Source: Podarcis muralis (Eukaryota). From it: 64,000 nt of DNA. The stretch covers positions 45,322,001 through 45,386,000 of the forward strand of contig NC_135661.1 in NCBI RefSeq assembly GCF_964188315.1, read 5' to 3'. Of the stretch, positions 11,751-25,264 are shown one piece after another. The notes below the pieces were generated by a model. That model was given only the letters and a program-made list of their open reading frames with translations, did no database searches and was not told the DNA's origin. A program made the translations under genes and the position numbers. Numbering within the stretch: the stretch's first letter is position 1; each line of letters starts with the position of its first letter.

Positions 11751-14700
11751 TCCGATTTGGAAGTGAAGGGAGGTGGGATACGTGGTGGGTCAGCAGGTAT
11801 GCAGTTCAGTCTTCTTGGGTTTATTAACGTGCCTTCGAGAGAGCAGTAATAGAGAACGGAGAGAGATCCTTTACGATGTATTTCCCTCCCCAAATAAGCA
11901 TTTGGGGACAGATCTCCAACTTCAGACTGGAGGGTGCAGAACCCAACTGATCTTTCTTAGAATTCTACTGACGATTGACATCAATTCTCCCTTGGGATTA
12001 AATCTGTTGTTCTCTTTAGAGGGTCAGAATTTTCCCACAAGCAACTGGCTGGGACAGACAGGCACACCCCAGATTATATACAGCATTTCTGGAGCATCCC
12101 CTGACTTAAGTCCAATGAGGAATCATGGCTATTTGGTAAAGCACGTGCTTTGCATGCAAAATGTCCCAGGATGAATCCCTGAATTTCTAGTTAAAAGGTC
12201 TGGGTGATGGGACAGACCTCTGCCTAAGACCCTGGAGAGATGGTGGCAGTCAGAGCAGAGGACAACGCCAAGCTGAGTGTGGCAATAACCTGGCAGGTAT
12301 TATGCAAGGTTCCCTGTTTGGCTTTAATAGGCTGTTTGTTGCTCTAATTTACGTGGTATCTCGGGTTACATACACTTCAGGTTACATGTACTTCAGGTTA
12401 CACACTCCGCTAACCCAGAAATAGTACCTCGGGTTAAGAACTTTGCTTCAGGATGAGAACAGAAATTGTGCTCTGGCGGTGCGGCGGCAGCAGGAGACCC
12501 CAGTAGCTAAAGTGGTGCTTCAGGTTAAGAACAGTTTCAGGTTAAGAACGGACCTCCGGAACGAATTAAGTACTTAACCTGAGGTACCACTGTATATCCT
12601 GCCTTTAAGAACACAATTCCTTTGACAAGATCCCAGGTTTGGACCCTGACATCTTCAGGTAGGGCCGGGAAAGGTGCCAGCCTAAAATTCTGGAGAGCTG
12701 CCATTGGTCAGCATAGAGGATACTGAGCTGGTATGCAAAACGGCCTCCAAATATAATTAGAATCTGACAATATCAAAAACTCATCAGTCAATAAAACTGC
12801 AGGGCAGAAGCAAGAAGCCTGTGGCCCTCCAAATGCTGCTGAACTGCACCCCCCATCATTGCTAACCATTGGCTATGGTTGCAGGGGCTGATGGGAGTTG
12901 GAGTCCAACAACATCTGGAGGGCCACAGGTTTCCTACCCCTGCTGTAGGGGGATAGAATAGTCCAGCTCAAATAGGAGCAAGTGCCTGGTATTGTTGACA
13001 CCTGCTTTTGTCCTTCTCTCCCTCTTTCCCGGTCAGAGCCGTAGCCGGATGATCTTGCGCCCTTGGCAGAACCGTCCAGATTGCACCCCCAGCCACGGAC
13101 AAATTAGCTCTTCTTTCCACCTCTCCTCCAACCCATCCCCATTCAATTCACCCTCTATTTAAAACTTTTTCTTATGAGGCAATAATCAATATTTTTATTT
13201 ATAGATATATTTATGGACATACTCTTAAGCCGATTTTGCGGGGGGGGGGGCTCGCCTGTGTCCCTGGCAGGGGACCACCTCACCACCCACTAGCTACGGC
13301 CCTTCTCTCGACCCTACTAGAACTGATGTTACAGTGGTACCTCGGGTTACATACGCTTCAGGTTACATACGCTTCAGGTTACAGACTCCGCCAACTCAGA
13401 TATAGGGCTTCAGGTTAAGAACTTTGCTTCAGGATGAGAACAGAAATTGTGCTCCGGCGGCGCGGCAGCAGCAGGAGCCTTCATTAGCTAAAGTGGTGCT
13501 TCAGGTTAAGAACAGTTTCAGGTTAAGAACGGACCCTGGAACGAATTAAGTACTTAACCCAAGGTACCACTGCATTTCTCTTATTTGGGGATTCCCCCCA
13601 TTTGTGGGGTCCTTCAGATAAGGTTTTGTAACAGTACATGATTTGTGAAAACGCAGTCTGACAACCCACACAATGCAGCATCTCTCTTGGGCTTTTCTCC
13701 TGGCTGGCCTAGGTGTCTTTTTGTTCCTGTAGGGCAGAGGATGGGAAACCTGCACCCTTGGCGCAATTTCATATGATTGACAAGGATAGGAGAAACCAGG
13801 GGAAAGGGGGTGTCCCCACCAACCTTTGACTGTGGTCTCCGCCACTTTTAACTCCAACCCTGCCCACTGCTGGATTCTTGACAGAAAAAAGGTTGCCCAC
13901 CCACACACCCCACTGAAGAAGGAAGCTGCTTCAAAAGTTGTGATCTGCCTTGTGCACCTAGACTCATACAGGCTCAATTGGGGAGCTGGGAGGTGACAAG
14001 GGGCAGAACTAAGTTGGAAAGGGAAATGCTGCTGGCCATTCACAGTTCTGTAAATCTTTCTTATGGATGGTAGGAAATCCAGGCACCTTCCCCAAAATAT
14101 TCCCTGCTGCTTCTAGACATATCCTTCCACAATGCACTTACCTATTCATCGGGGATGGGAATTTTGTGGCCCTCCAAATGTTGCTGGAGTACAGGACCTA
14201 TCCTTGCTGACCATTGGCTATACAGTCATACCTCATGTTACGTTTGCTTCAAGTTGCGCGTTTTCAGGTTGCATCCTGCGGCGACCCAGAAGTACTGGAA
14301 ACGGTTACTTCCGGGTTTCACCACTCACGCATGCACAGATGCGCAAAATGACATCATGCGCATGTGCACAAGCGGCAAATCGCAACCCGCAGACATGCAA
14401 ACACGGGTTGCGTTCTGCTCATGTTGCGAATGGACCTCTGGAACGGATCCTGCTCGCAACCAGAGGTACCACTGTACTGGTTGGGGCTGATGTGAGCTGC
14501 CATCTAACATCTGGAAGGTCACAGGTTTCTCACCTCTGCTCTTCTGTGTCCTATATGAGCAGCATCCTCCCTGCTAACACCCCTTTAAGTTGGTCTTTCC
14601 TTTGTGTCTCTGTATTTATTAGGAGCAATACCTCTGAGTTTCAGATAGAACAGAGGAAGCTGCCTTATATCAAGTCAGTTGACTGGTTAATCTTACTCAG

Positions 14701-17700
14701 TATTGTCTGCAGTGACAGGCAGAGACTCTCCAGGGTTTCAGGCAGAAGTCCTTTTTAGACTTACTGGAAGATGCCTGAGTTTGAACCTGCATCCTTTTGC
14801 TTGTAATTCTTTCAGCATTACAACAGTGTGTTGAAAACTATCCTCTCCTCATTAAAAATAATGAGATAAAAGAAAAGCAACAGCAAATATAATAATAAAC
14901 AAATCATAATATTTATTTTATATATATATATATATAATATAATTGTTTCTCACCCCAAATGATAGTTTGGTTACATGATTGAGGTATGTATCTGCAGTTG
15001 GTTAATGAAAACATTCTTTAACTGGTACATTCTGAAGTAAAGAGGAGTTTTTTTCTCCACTTCAGTCGTTATGTTCAAGTAGTTGGCCATGTGTAAATAA
15101 TACTGTGTGTGGTACCTGCACATTGTGCAGGTGGAGAAGGGAGGCATATCATTCCTGTCTCCTAGCAGAGACCCCAGGAGAAGATGAGAGCAAGCAAGAT
15201 AACAAATGCATGAAGACGAGCTTACTGATCCCTTATAGCCACTTCTAAATGAGTTGGTACTCTACTTACCAGGAGTTGTGTTCTTAAAATAAAAGACTTT
15301 AGCAGTTTTGTACTTCATCTGCATTAAAGCTAGCAGTTTTAACTCCCTGGCATATCTGTTAAGGATGCTACATAACACGCCCCCCCTTAAAGACAAGGAC
15401 TGAGAAATCAAAAGGGTAGCCTTGATTTGGGGAGGGAATACTGACCTACTGAAGCAGATTCCAAAGTCCTTTGGCAGCAGTAAGGTTGGCAGTTGCCATG
15501 TATTGCAAGACTTTCCCCGAATTTGCTGGGACGTGTTAGCAGCTTGCTGATTTACATTTGGCCCCCATCTCCTTTTATACAGTTTGATGCTGAGTATCGC
15601 CGCTTTGCCATGAAGCGCTCCACTGCGGGTGGCTTCCAGGAATTCTACCAGCTGATCCAGAGAGTCCACCAAATCCCTTGCGTGGATGTCTTGCTTGGGT
15701 ATACGGATATCCATGGAGACCTGCTGCCCATCAACAACGATGACAATTACCACAAGGCTCTGTCATCTGCCAATCCTCTGCTCCGGATCATCATCCAGAA
15801 ACGTGGTAAGAAGGTTCTTAAGGAGGGGGCTAGAGTTCACTTTCATTTTAATCCAGCTAATTCTATTTACTGTATTTTTCCGTGTATAAGACGCCCCCAT
15901 GTATAAGACGACGCCTATTTTTGGGGAATGAATCAAGCACCAGTCCCCCCTATGCGCTATCCATGTATAAGACAACCTCCAATTTTAAACTTGAAAAATT
16001 GGGGTGGGGGTGGGGAATATAGTCTTATACACGGAAAAATACAGTACTTAATTTTATCTTGCCCGTTACCCACCCAAGGAACTAAAGGGAGTGTTGAGCT
16101 CAGAGCAGTATACATTGTTTTCTTCCCCCACTGATTTTTTCTTCACAACAGCCTTGCAAGGTGGGTAGGCTATAGCTGGCTTGGGGATCTGAAGCCTGGA
16201 TTTCCCTAGATCATGATCTAACCACAATACCACCATTACTTGCAGAGGCAAGAATGCCTTGAGATCAGGATTAGAAATGAAGTATGCTAAAAAATTCTCC
16301 AAATAAGATAATATATAGGCAGTTTTGTTCTCTGTGTTTGTGGGTGTGAAAGTTTGTGTGTGAGTGCAAGAGAGAGAGAGACACTGATCAATTTCTGCTA
16401 GCCAGGAGAAAAGACAAGGAACTGAACAAAGCAACAAAACTGCCATCAATAACTAAAAGTCCCACTCAGCCCTCCTCTGACTAGTCAAACTTCATTCACC
16501 TTTATGCACTTGTCTTTTTCAACTTGTCTTTGTAAGTAGAAGGACTAGTAACTTGATTTTTAGCAACAGCAACAAAGGCACACGATGCAGTGCATTTGCT
16601 GAAACTAAGCAAATGTAGCACTGTTTGGAAACCCCTCATGTATGCTACTTTGAGTTCTGTGACAGATGAAAGACAGGGTATAAATACAATGAGCAAAGAA
16701 AAGCTCAAATATTCAGAAATTGAATTTTGTGCCAGATCCCAGATTCTGCATACCTACAGTGTAATTGTGGAAGTGGGAAATGTGCTGTGCATGTGGTGCT
16801 TTTAATGCTCAGGCTGTGAATCTTTGTGATGGAGGGCATCAGTGCCATCTTAACCATGTCCATTCAGAAGTAGGCTTTATTGAGCTCAGTAGAACTTTCT
16901 CCCCAGTAAGCAATCCTAGCACTCCCTTACATGGGAGTAAGCTCCACTGATTCAATAGGACTTGGTTCTGAATAGAATTGGTTAGAATTACACTGTCTGT
17001 GCCTAAATTGATGGTACTCAGATATTACAACAATGGATTATTTCCTAACCATTTCAAAGGCAGAACAGTTTGGTGGGTGTTATGGAGGGCCCTGCTGAAT
17101 AGAGACAACACTGATATATTTTAAGGAACAGTATCCAGAAATTATTTTTGCAGTCCTGAGACAGCAACGCTCTGTGTCCAAAATCTATTTAAAGGACAAA
17201 AATGAGATTTTCCTGTATCTGAATCTCGCCTAACAGCATCTTTGTTTGTTTGTCTAAAGTATTTTTACCTAACTCTTCAGCCAAAAAAAGGCTCCCATAA
17301 TTACTTACAACAATCAATAATAAGATTGCCCCACCTTCAACTTTACATTCTAAAAGACACAGCACAAAAGGAAAGGAGATTGGGACAGGTTGAGGGGGAA
17401 AAGCTAACTCAGCCAGACACAACTTCTTAGTTTCTCACAAGGCGGGACAGAGCAAGCTCCCTATAGCTGCCTTCTGTTTGGCTAATGGTTGTGTCCAGGT
17501 TGATCTTTCCCTGTTTTTCCCCATCTTGCCCATTCATGTTCTCTTAAGGTTAGTAGTGGGCAGCAGATAGGGCAGATTTTCATTCTAAATGAGAAAGACA
17601 TTTGCTTTCTTGAGCATCGTCTCCATCAGCCAACTCACAGGAACTCCAGACTGGCTTATTTCTGGGCTTTATAAGGCAATAACAACTAATTAAAACAGTG

Positions 17701-20700
17701 ACTCCTTGAATAGCTTCACCAAATCATCCCCACCCACCCCTCGCTTGTTTGCAGATTAGATTAAACTGTAAAAACCAGTTAGAGACAGCCTGACCCCAAC
17801 CTGTGCAGGGAGGCAAATTTAGAACCTGAATGTTGTGGACTTTTGAAGGCCAGTTGTTGAAGCACAGTTAACATTGCTCTTTGTCCCCAAACAATTCCAA
17901 TCACCACTCCATGCTTTATAACTGCTTCTACGTTCTTGATATGTTAGAAGTTTTGGGGGGGGGGGCAGTTTTCAAATTATCGTTATAATAAAGCAAGAAA
18001 TACTCTGAGCATGTGAAACTTGATACTTTAAAAATTCACTTAAATCCTAGCACCTTCATGACCACAGGAATAAATTGGAGTTTGCTTCTGCTGCCCTGAT
18101 GCTCTATGCATCTACCTGGGGATAAGTAAAATTTTGTTGCAGAAAAGGATAATATGTTCTTAAAAGTGGTATATGTAGCAACACACGTGCTTGGCTGGCT
18201 GACCACTGACTATAAAAAATAATTAATGATTCCATAGTGACCAGCACTGGTCCAGGCAGCTGTGGTGTTGATGATGGGTCTGTTTACTGCTGCCTCCATC
18301 GACTGCCTCTCTCTGGAAGGTTGTTTAGGGGAACCTGGATTGTAGCCCCAAGGCCCAGACCCAACAGCACAGCTGCTCATACGTAATTCCATTGAGTTCA
18401 GTGGGGCTGACTCCTAGGGAAGTGGGTATAGGATTCTGCGGTTAGTCTGCTGTACCAGTGCTAGAACCACACTCACCCACTTCAGAGAGCAGAGTGTATG
18501 TTTCTGTTGTTCTCTGCCAACTAAACATACCAACAAACGAAATCGAAGCTCCTTGAAACTTGAAACCAGAAGTGCAAAAATCTCCTGTCAGAATAAACTA
18601 TACAAATTAGGCAAACCGCATAAGCCTATTTTACTGAGCCACCAAATCTGTTTTTGTACACCGGAAGCTTTTCTTCTGAGGGCTGGATGGCAGGTCGCAG
18701 GAAAGAGATGAATGAAAAATTGGGGACAATGCCAGCGTTACTGCTGAACACCCAGGAATATCCAGGCTCCTGTACAGAGGAGCCATTACTGCCTGGTTTT
18801 TGTTTTTTGACTGCTACAGATGTTTTCAACACCCACTGCAAATGGCGGTAAGAAAGGCCTCTTTTCCCTCTCTTACCTGAAGCCTCCTGCTCAATGGCTG
18901 ATTCACCAGCCACAGCCCAGCGAAGGTTGCTAAGCCATATCTTGAAGTGCATCCTTAAGGTGCATTGCTTTAGAAAGAAGAAGAGTGCCAATTTGCATAA
19001 AGTGTTCATATGCTAATTTATCTGTATAGATGCAGGTTTAGAAAGAATACAAAAAATTAGAAATAATTACTTTGTTGAAAATAGAAATGCATGTCACCGT
19101 AGTGCGGAAGACTGTAACCAGGTGATCAATGCGTCTGCTCATTCTCTTGTCCAAGTGCTTACTGTTGATGGGAGACTTTGAGGCCCCTGATCCCCATTCT
19201 CCTCCCACCCTTATGATTTTTCATCTTTGAATTGGACTTGGGGTGGACAAAACTGTAGAGCAGGACACCCGGGCACCTTATGCATCCTCCCTCTGCCCCC
19301 TGTGCTCTCCTCTGCCCTGCGGTTTTGCTCTTGGCTGCCTTCGTAGCACAGAAGATGCTGCAGGGCTGCCAAGTACAATGATGCTGGTTGCTTGGCACCA
19401 GGATTGGCATTGCTGGGCATATGCCAGGACCTCTTGCCAGGTCTTTCCTTGGCTGGCTATGCTTCTCTTCCTCCTCATAGGAAGATAGGAATCTTCCGTC
19501 TCTTTGTCCATCTTGCTCAATATTATCCACACTGGCCAACACCAGCTCTCCAGGGCTTCAGGCTGAGCCCTTCGTGGAGATGCTGAGGATTGAACCTGGG
19601 ACCTTCTGCATGCAGGGGAAACCCAGAGTGGCTGGGGAAACCCAACCAGATGGGTAGGGTATAAATAATAAAATTCTTCTTATTCTTATTCTCTATCACC
19701 AATCAAGGAGAAGGGTCAGAACTCTCCACTCACCTTGCTATCCCTCTTGTTCTGGGCAGCACTGCAAATTCAGCTCAGAGAGAGAGGGCAACTGACTGGG
19801 CAACGGTGCAAGGTGCAAAGGAGAGAGGACCTATTCCAGAAGGAAGGCTCATGAAGGGCTTCTTGCTCAAGGGTCCTGCAAAACCTGAGGTGGCACTAGT
19901 TGGACTGGTTGCTGGGTGGGGTTGGGTGGAGAGAGATTCCACAGCCCTGCACAGTTTCCCTGGGCTAAAAATAAGCCACTGCGCCAAAAACACTGTGTGA
20001 TATTTATAACACTGGAGCTCCATCTGACAAGCTCTGTAGAAGAAGGGGTGTGCCACTTAAGGATAGGGACATGACAAGGCTGCTCTCCCTTCCACTTGGA
20101 GAAGTTTCTTGTCCTGTGTAGTACACTGACTTTGTTGAGTGTGTGTGTTTGTGTTTGTGCATGGCCATCTGTCACAGACGCAGGCTTGTAAACACATCAC
20201 CCATCTGGTCTCCTGTGGCAATCCAGAGTCTTCTCCAGGCAACCAGGCAAGATAAATTTGTCAATGACTAGTTGTTGCTGGGGGTTTATTGTTGTTGTTT
20301 TTTGTCTTCCACGCTGCAAATGACTAAAAAAGCGAACAGAGGCTCATAAAAAGAGAGCTGAGGCCAGGGCCGGTTCCTTCTGTGGGCTTAATTTACAAAG
20401 CTGCAGGGACCAGGCTGTGAAATTGGACATGCTCCCCTGGGTAGATTGTGCAGGGATTCCAAAACTCTACTAGCACCGACTTCTGGGATTGCTGTGGGGT
20501 GTGTAAGCATGTACGAGTTTAGGTCCCAGATGCCTCTCTTCTCTCAGATATTACAGACATTTCAACAGCACTAAAACCACAGACCTGTTCAGACTCTTCC
20601 TGTTTCTTCAGGTCCATTTTGTTGCTTGTCACAAATATATTTGGCCTCTTTAGGGGGCTGGGTGAACTGTCCATCCAGCTAGGTGCGATGCATAGGCATG

Positions 20701-23700
20701 TGCAGCACATTTCTTCAGGGTGTGCATACAGAGATATTTACTTATTTCAGTGAAGGAAGATGGGGGTGGGGGAACAACAGGTAAAGAGGTAAAGTGGCAA
20801 CTTGACAATTGTCATCCAAAACCTCTGGAAGGCAGCAGGTTGGGGAAGCCCAATTTACCCACTGCAATTGTAGTTTTTTTAACCCATCATCCTCAGAATG
20901 ATTCTGTTTACCCATGTGCAGATTTATGCAAAACAAGTTGTTTATCAACTAAAACCCATATGACTAATTGCCTCTGACTTCTTGAATTGGATGGCATCTT
21001 AAAGGAATCCCTCTTCCCCCACCCAAACTGCAAATTCTCCTTTTGGCTGTAGCTGATTTCTCCCTGGTGCAGCTCCAGGGAGCAAATTCTTCTTTGCAAG
21101 GAGCCTCTTTCCAGCCTGACAGCCCTTCAAGCCTTTCCAGCTCTTTAGTATCTCTCATGTCCCTACAGCATTCCCTGCAGTGTTGGCATGCAGTGACAAA
21201 TAGTGCCCAGATGGTAGAGGGGTCCCCTGCAGGCATCCCTGGAGGAAAACAGAGTAGAAAAGAGTGCCCCCTGCTGAGTCAGCCGCCCTGTTTTCTGCAG
21301 ATCCCAAAACTTCTTAATTCAGCCTTCTGCAGTGCCTGTCCTCTCAAGTCATATTATCTTGAGATAACAATGCCTTTTGCCTTTCTGTAGTGACAAACTG
21401 ATAAGAGGTCATTTGAAGCCCTCTGCTTGCCGACTGCATAGAGGACATTCATGATATGCTTCTCACAGTGCAGAAGAGAGAGCTCTCAAGAGTCTCTGCT
21501 TACTCTCTAGGGCAGGAATGGGGAATCGATGGCCCTCCAGATCCCATCAGCCTCACCCCACACAGCCAATGTCCAGGCATGGCAAGAGATGTAGTGAGCA
21601 TTACCTGGAAGGTCCCCATTCCTGCTGCAGGGTCAAAACTGGGTGATTAAAAAGACATATTTCTCCTCTCCTCCAGTTTATTCAATCTTTAAATGCATTT
21701 TTACTAGATTTAGCATTTGGGACTGACAATCTTAAATAATAAACCCAAGTATTTTATATCAAGTTCCTGCTCTGTGTATGTGTGTGATGGTCTGTTTACT
21801 CCACTGAAATCAATTTAGATTAACATGCATTTGATAAATTAGCATATGGAATTAGCAAGAGGACAAGGTCTCTGCCTTGGTCTTCCTGTCTCTTTCTCCC
21901 ACTACCTCCCAGCACCAGATCTTCAGAGCCAATTCTGATTTGTGCCAGTGTGTTCTGAGTCCCAGTTACTCCTAATGAATTCCCCTGGAATTCAGATGTG
22001 GGCACCTCATGGAAACTGGCAGGTTCCGCTCTAGGGTCTGGCTGTTGGAACAGCCTTTATTTTGCTTTTGCTGCAGGAGAACACCAGAGCCTGAGCTGGC
22101 AGAGACAGAGTTAAGTCTGCAGAGTACAGCTCAAAGTGTGATTAAAACTGAATTATTCATATCCCCTTTAATCCCAGCCTGGCATACAGTGGGTAATCCC
22201 AGAAGGGGCTGAGTTCCTCTTCCCTCTCCAGCACTGGCAGGTACATCTATCTAGGCATGGGTCAGGATCTGACCTGGGTAGAGAAGTGTGCGAGGAGGGA
22301 GTCAGAACTGCTGAGCAGAATGAGACCTGCTCAGCATTTTGCATTGGCTGTGCCTTCTGGTGCCTAATGATGTGGCGTTATAATACAAGGGAGTGGCACA
22401 TCACTCACAGTCATGATCTGTCAGGGCCCAAGTGTGATCAACTTACCCCCTTTGCTGTCGGCCCCCCCTTCCTCCACCCCAGATCCCTGGCAATAGGGAG
22501 CAGTACAAAAGGAATGCCGTAAGAGCCATTCACATTTCAATGGAAATACAGTCATTCTCTGTAATGCACACGGGGGTCTCAACCTGTGTTATTTCTGGTG
22601 CTGCTCCTTGCTCACAGGGTTTATATATAAACCACTACCACAAAACAGTGGTGTCCCACTTCCCCCCTCCTCCCCCCCAGCCAAAAAGGCACTTTTGCAT
22701 TCAGATGTTGTAAACCGGAAATGTTTCTCCTGTCATGCAATATTGTTAACTCCCATGATGCTATAACATGCAGCATCTCAAAAATTCCAAGGTTGTGAGA
22801 GAACCAGCAGCTCCCAAGGGATACAGATCAGCTAGCTAAACGCAGACAGGTTTGGTTGAAAAGCCTTCTTTGGTATGAGAGAGAGAAATGTATAGTGCTT
22901 GGCAACCACCTCTGCAGTAGCTGACAGTGTCTGTGATCATCTAGACAAATTGGGGGTCCTAAAGAGTTGGAAAGTAGGGATAAAAATATTCAAGCAAATC
23001 AATAATGTGTTTGGCAGAGCAACGAAGAAAGGAACTATGGATATGAACAAAACAGGGGATGAGCTGGGTGTTTGTCCTGGGTGCCATGCTAAACTCAGCA
23101 GCTCAGTGTTAAGTTTGTTAAGTCTGTGGTACATTAGGGCAAAATTATTTTCCCCTAGTTTTTATTTTATTTTACTTGTAACTCATTCTGAACGATAAGC
23201 AAACAATCATAACCCCAACATGGATCTTTCTGCTCCATATTCTCATAATGTAAGATGTATAGTGTTTCAGTGAGCTTACCAGACAATGGGTGGTATTCAG
23301 CAGAGTTTTACTCAGAGTAGAACCACTGAAATGAACGAGACTCAGTTAGGTTCATTAAGTTAAATAGTTCATGCACCACACACATATCAGTCAGGGGGAA
23401 ATGGTTGAAAGCTAGTTTTTGTCCCCTTTCATGGGCATTTCTGGGGAAATCTGGGAGCAGGAGGGCCTGTTGCACAGCCAGGTTTTGCAATCCTGCACAA
23501 GAAGCGCTGGGCTTGGTAATGCTGCAAAACTGATCATGGCGGGTGGAAGGGGTGTGTTCCTAAAGCACTATTAATAATAGAGATGGCCCTTGATTTGTGT
23601 TGACATCAGGATGGGTGCACAGGGGAAAAAGAGAGGACTAGGAACATAAGAAGAGGCTACTGGATCTGACCACATGCCCATCTAAGTCCATCATCCTGTT

Positions 23701-24751
23701 CTCACGGTGGCCAGCATGTTATCTATGGGAAGCCCACAAGCAGGACATGAGCACAACAGCCCTCTCCCTGCCTGTGATTCCCAGCAAGTGATATTCAAAG
23801 GCATACCAATACTTGACAGCGGAGGTAGAATATGGTGGCTAGTAGAATCTCAATGAAGTTGAGAGATAATTGACACCTGGGGAACAAGGGGTGGGCTTGA
23901 GCAGTGGAGACCTGCCCATCTGATCTGTGCTTGCTTTGCTTTCTTTCCTCCTTGCAGCGGAAGCCGACACCAGCGTCTTCGCCTCCAACTCGCTGCAGCG
24001 GAAGAAGAAGGGGCTTCTTCGCCCTGTGCACCAGCGGGCCAAGCCGCACTTGCTGATTGGCATGCCGCAGGACTTCCGCCAGATCTCCTCCATCATCGAT
24101 GTGGACATTCTGCCCGAGACCCACCGGCGGGTGCGGCTGCACAAGCACGGCTCCAACAAGCCCCTTGGCTTCTACATCCGGGATGGGGTCAGCGTGCGCG
24201 TGGCACCCCACGGGGTTGAGAAGGTGCCTGGCATCTTCATCTCCCGCTTGGTCAAGGGGGGCCTGGCAGAAAGCACGGGGCTGCTGGCCGTGAATGATGA
24301 GATCCTGGAAGTCAACGGCATCGACGTGGCAGGCAAGTCGCTGGACCAGGTCACGGACATGATGGTGGCCAACAGCCACAACCTCATCATCACCGTCAAG
24401 CCGGCCAACCAGCGCAACAACGTGATCCGCAGCAGCAAGGCCTCGGGCAGCTCTGGCGTGTCCACGGACAGCACCCCCAGCCAGCAGACACCTAGCCCGG
24501 CCTCCCAGTACCTGAGCAACTGCAGCACAGCAGAGGGCGAGAGTGACGAAGAGGGTGACCTGGTGATTGAGAGTGATTTGCCTGCCAGCTGCCCCAATGG
24601 CGGCCTCCTGGAGAGCTTGCAGCACAGCCTGTCCCTCTACAGCTCCCAGGGTTCGCTGCCCTCCCTGAACAGTCACAGCGGCAGTGGCAGCCCAATCCGG
24701 GGCAGCCGAGCAGGCAGCCTCCGGGAGGATGGCACGGTCATCACGCTATAG
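10888..24751 (+). CDS. PARD6A: Partitioning defective 6 homolog alpha; join(10888..10950,15583..15805,23958..24751), 359 aa
   Basis: Exons translate to [21 protein letters not shown] / FDAEYRRF...LLRIIIQKR (PB1) / [18 protein letters not shown]...[44 protein letters not shown] (semi-CRIB + PDZ)...REDGTVITL*. All introns are GT-AG with matching phases (0,1); total 1080 nt. The alpha paralogue is assigned from the N-terminus and from adjacency to ENKD1. Confidence 0.96.
12352..12592. mobile_element. Tigger/pogo-like MITE
   Basis: Same family as 384-614; TA flanks. Confidence 0.85.
12805..12945. mobile_element. Palindromic ~130-bp non-autonomous element; many copies (about 2560-2700, 14150-14545, 21515-21650, 29385-29470, 32330-32450, 33265-33380, 40800-40930, 42370-42620, 48640-48910, 60100-60210, 62090-62165)
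   Basis: GGCCCTCCAGATGTTG..ACTACA.CTCCCATCA ... TGATGGGAG.TGTAGT..CAACATCTGGAGGGCC inverted structure repeated across the window. Confidence 0.75.
13034..13304. mobile_element. Non-autonomous DNA transposon (hAT-like ends)
   Basis: CAGAGCCGTAGC ... GCTACGGCCCT inverted ends; TSD not clear. Confidence 0.55.
13332..13572. mobile_element. Tigger/pogo-like MITE
   Basis: CAGTGGTACCTCGGGTTAC...AAGGTACCACTG. Confidence 0.85.
14223..14474. mobile_element. Tigger-like MITE (third interior type), nested in a palindromic element
   Basis: TA-CAGTCATACCTC ... GAGGTACCACTG-TA. Confidence 0.75.
14655..14805 (-). mobile_element. Short tRNA-derived SINE (Squam2-like); further copies at about 12160-12290, 12620-12745, 19535-19620, 25610-25775 and 41655-41850
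   Basis: Shared GGAAGCTGCCTTAT...GACTGGCAGCAGCTCTCCAGGGTTTCAGGCAG...GGGATTGAACCTGGGACC motif. Confidence 0.65.
15583..15805 (+). CDS. PARD6A: PARD6A coding exon 2 (PB1 domain)
   Basis: ccttttatacag|TTTGAT ... CGTG|gtaag; 223 nt; contains the [21 protein letters not shown]-like motif. Confidence 0.96.
15870..16044. mobile_element. Tc1/mariner-type MITE
   Basis: Perfect 23-bp TIRs CTGTATTTTTCCGTGTATAAGAC / GTCTTATACACGGAAAAATACAG with TA TSD. Confidence 0.85.
23641..23830 (-). mobile_element. CR1 3'-end fragment
   Basis: GAACATAAGAAGAG...CTGGATC...CCCATCTAAGTCC...CATCCTGTTCTCACGGTGGCCAGC, the reverse of a CR1 3' terminus. Confidence 0.65.
23958..24751 (+). CDS. PARD6A: PARD6A coding exon 3 (semi-CRIB/PDZ, C-terminus)
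   Basis: ttctttcctccttgcag|CGGAAGCC; ORF track 23927..24751; stop TAG. Confidence 0.97.
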
Positions 24752-25258
24752 CCCCAGGCAGTGCCCCTCCCTTGTCTTCTGAATTTCAGCATTTCCACAG
24801 TCAGTCTGGCAGTACCTTCTTCCTGGCCAATGGAGCTGGAACTGGGGGCCCCGTTTCAAACCCAAGACACTGCCCAGACCTGCCACCCCAGACTCTCTCT
24901 TGCTCATTGCCTGCAGACCCAGTGGCACTCTCTCCGCAGCTGCTGGAGCAAAGGTGGCAGCTGGGGTTTGGAGCACTTGGGGCCAAGCCACTTTCCTCCC
25001 AGTCCTTAGCCACCCAAGAGGTTCTTTCTTGCTCCCCATTGAGCCAAAGCAATGGGAGTTCTACTACCTTCTCCATTCCCTCTCTTCAGCCCCTGCCTTC
25101 ATTCTGGGCAGGTAGAAGGAAAAAGGCAGGGATGCTCTTGCCTCTCTCACAGTCTCTGGTTCTCCCCTCCACCAACTGTCAGCTCTCATGAAGTGTTTGT
25201 TTTTAGTTATTTGTTTTTACGATAACATGCATCACAGATTAATATATTGCAACAAACT

Positions 25259-25264
25259 ATTAAA
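25259..25264 (+). terminator. Candidate PARD6A polyadenylation signal
   Basis: ATTAAA about 510 nt after the stop, followed by a T-rich tract. Confidence 0.45.

Noticed and set aside
23795-24676. 293-aa minus-strand ORF
   Set aside because: It is the antisense shadow of GC-rich PARD6A exon 3; it has no independent motif or splice support.
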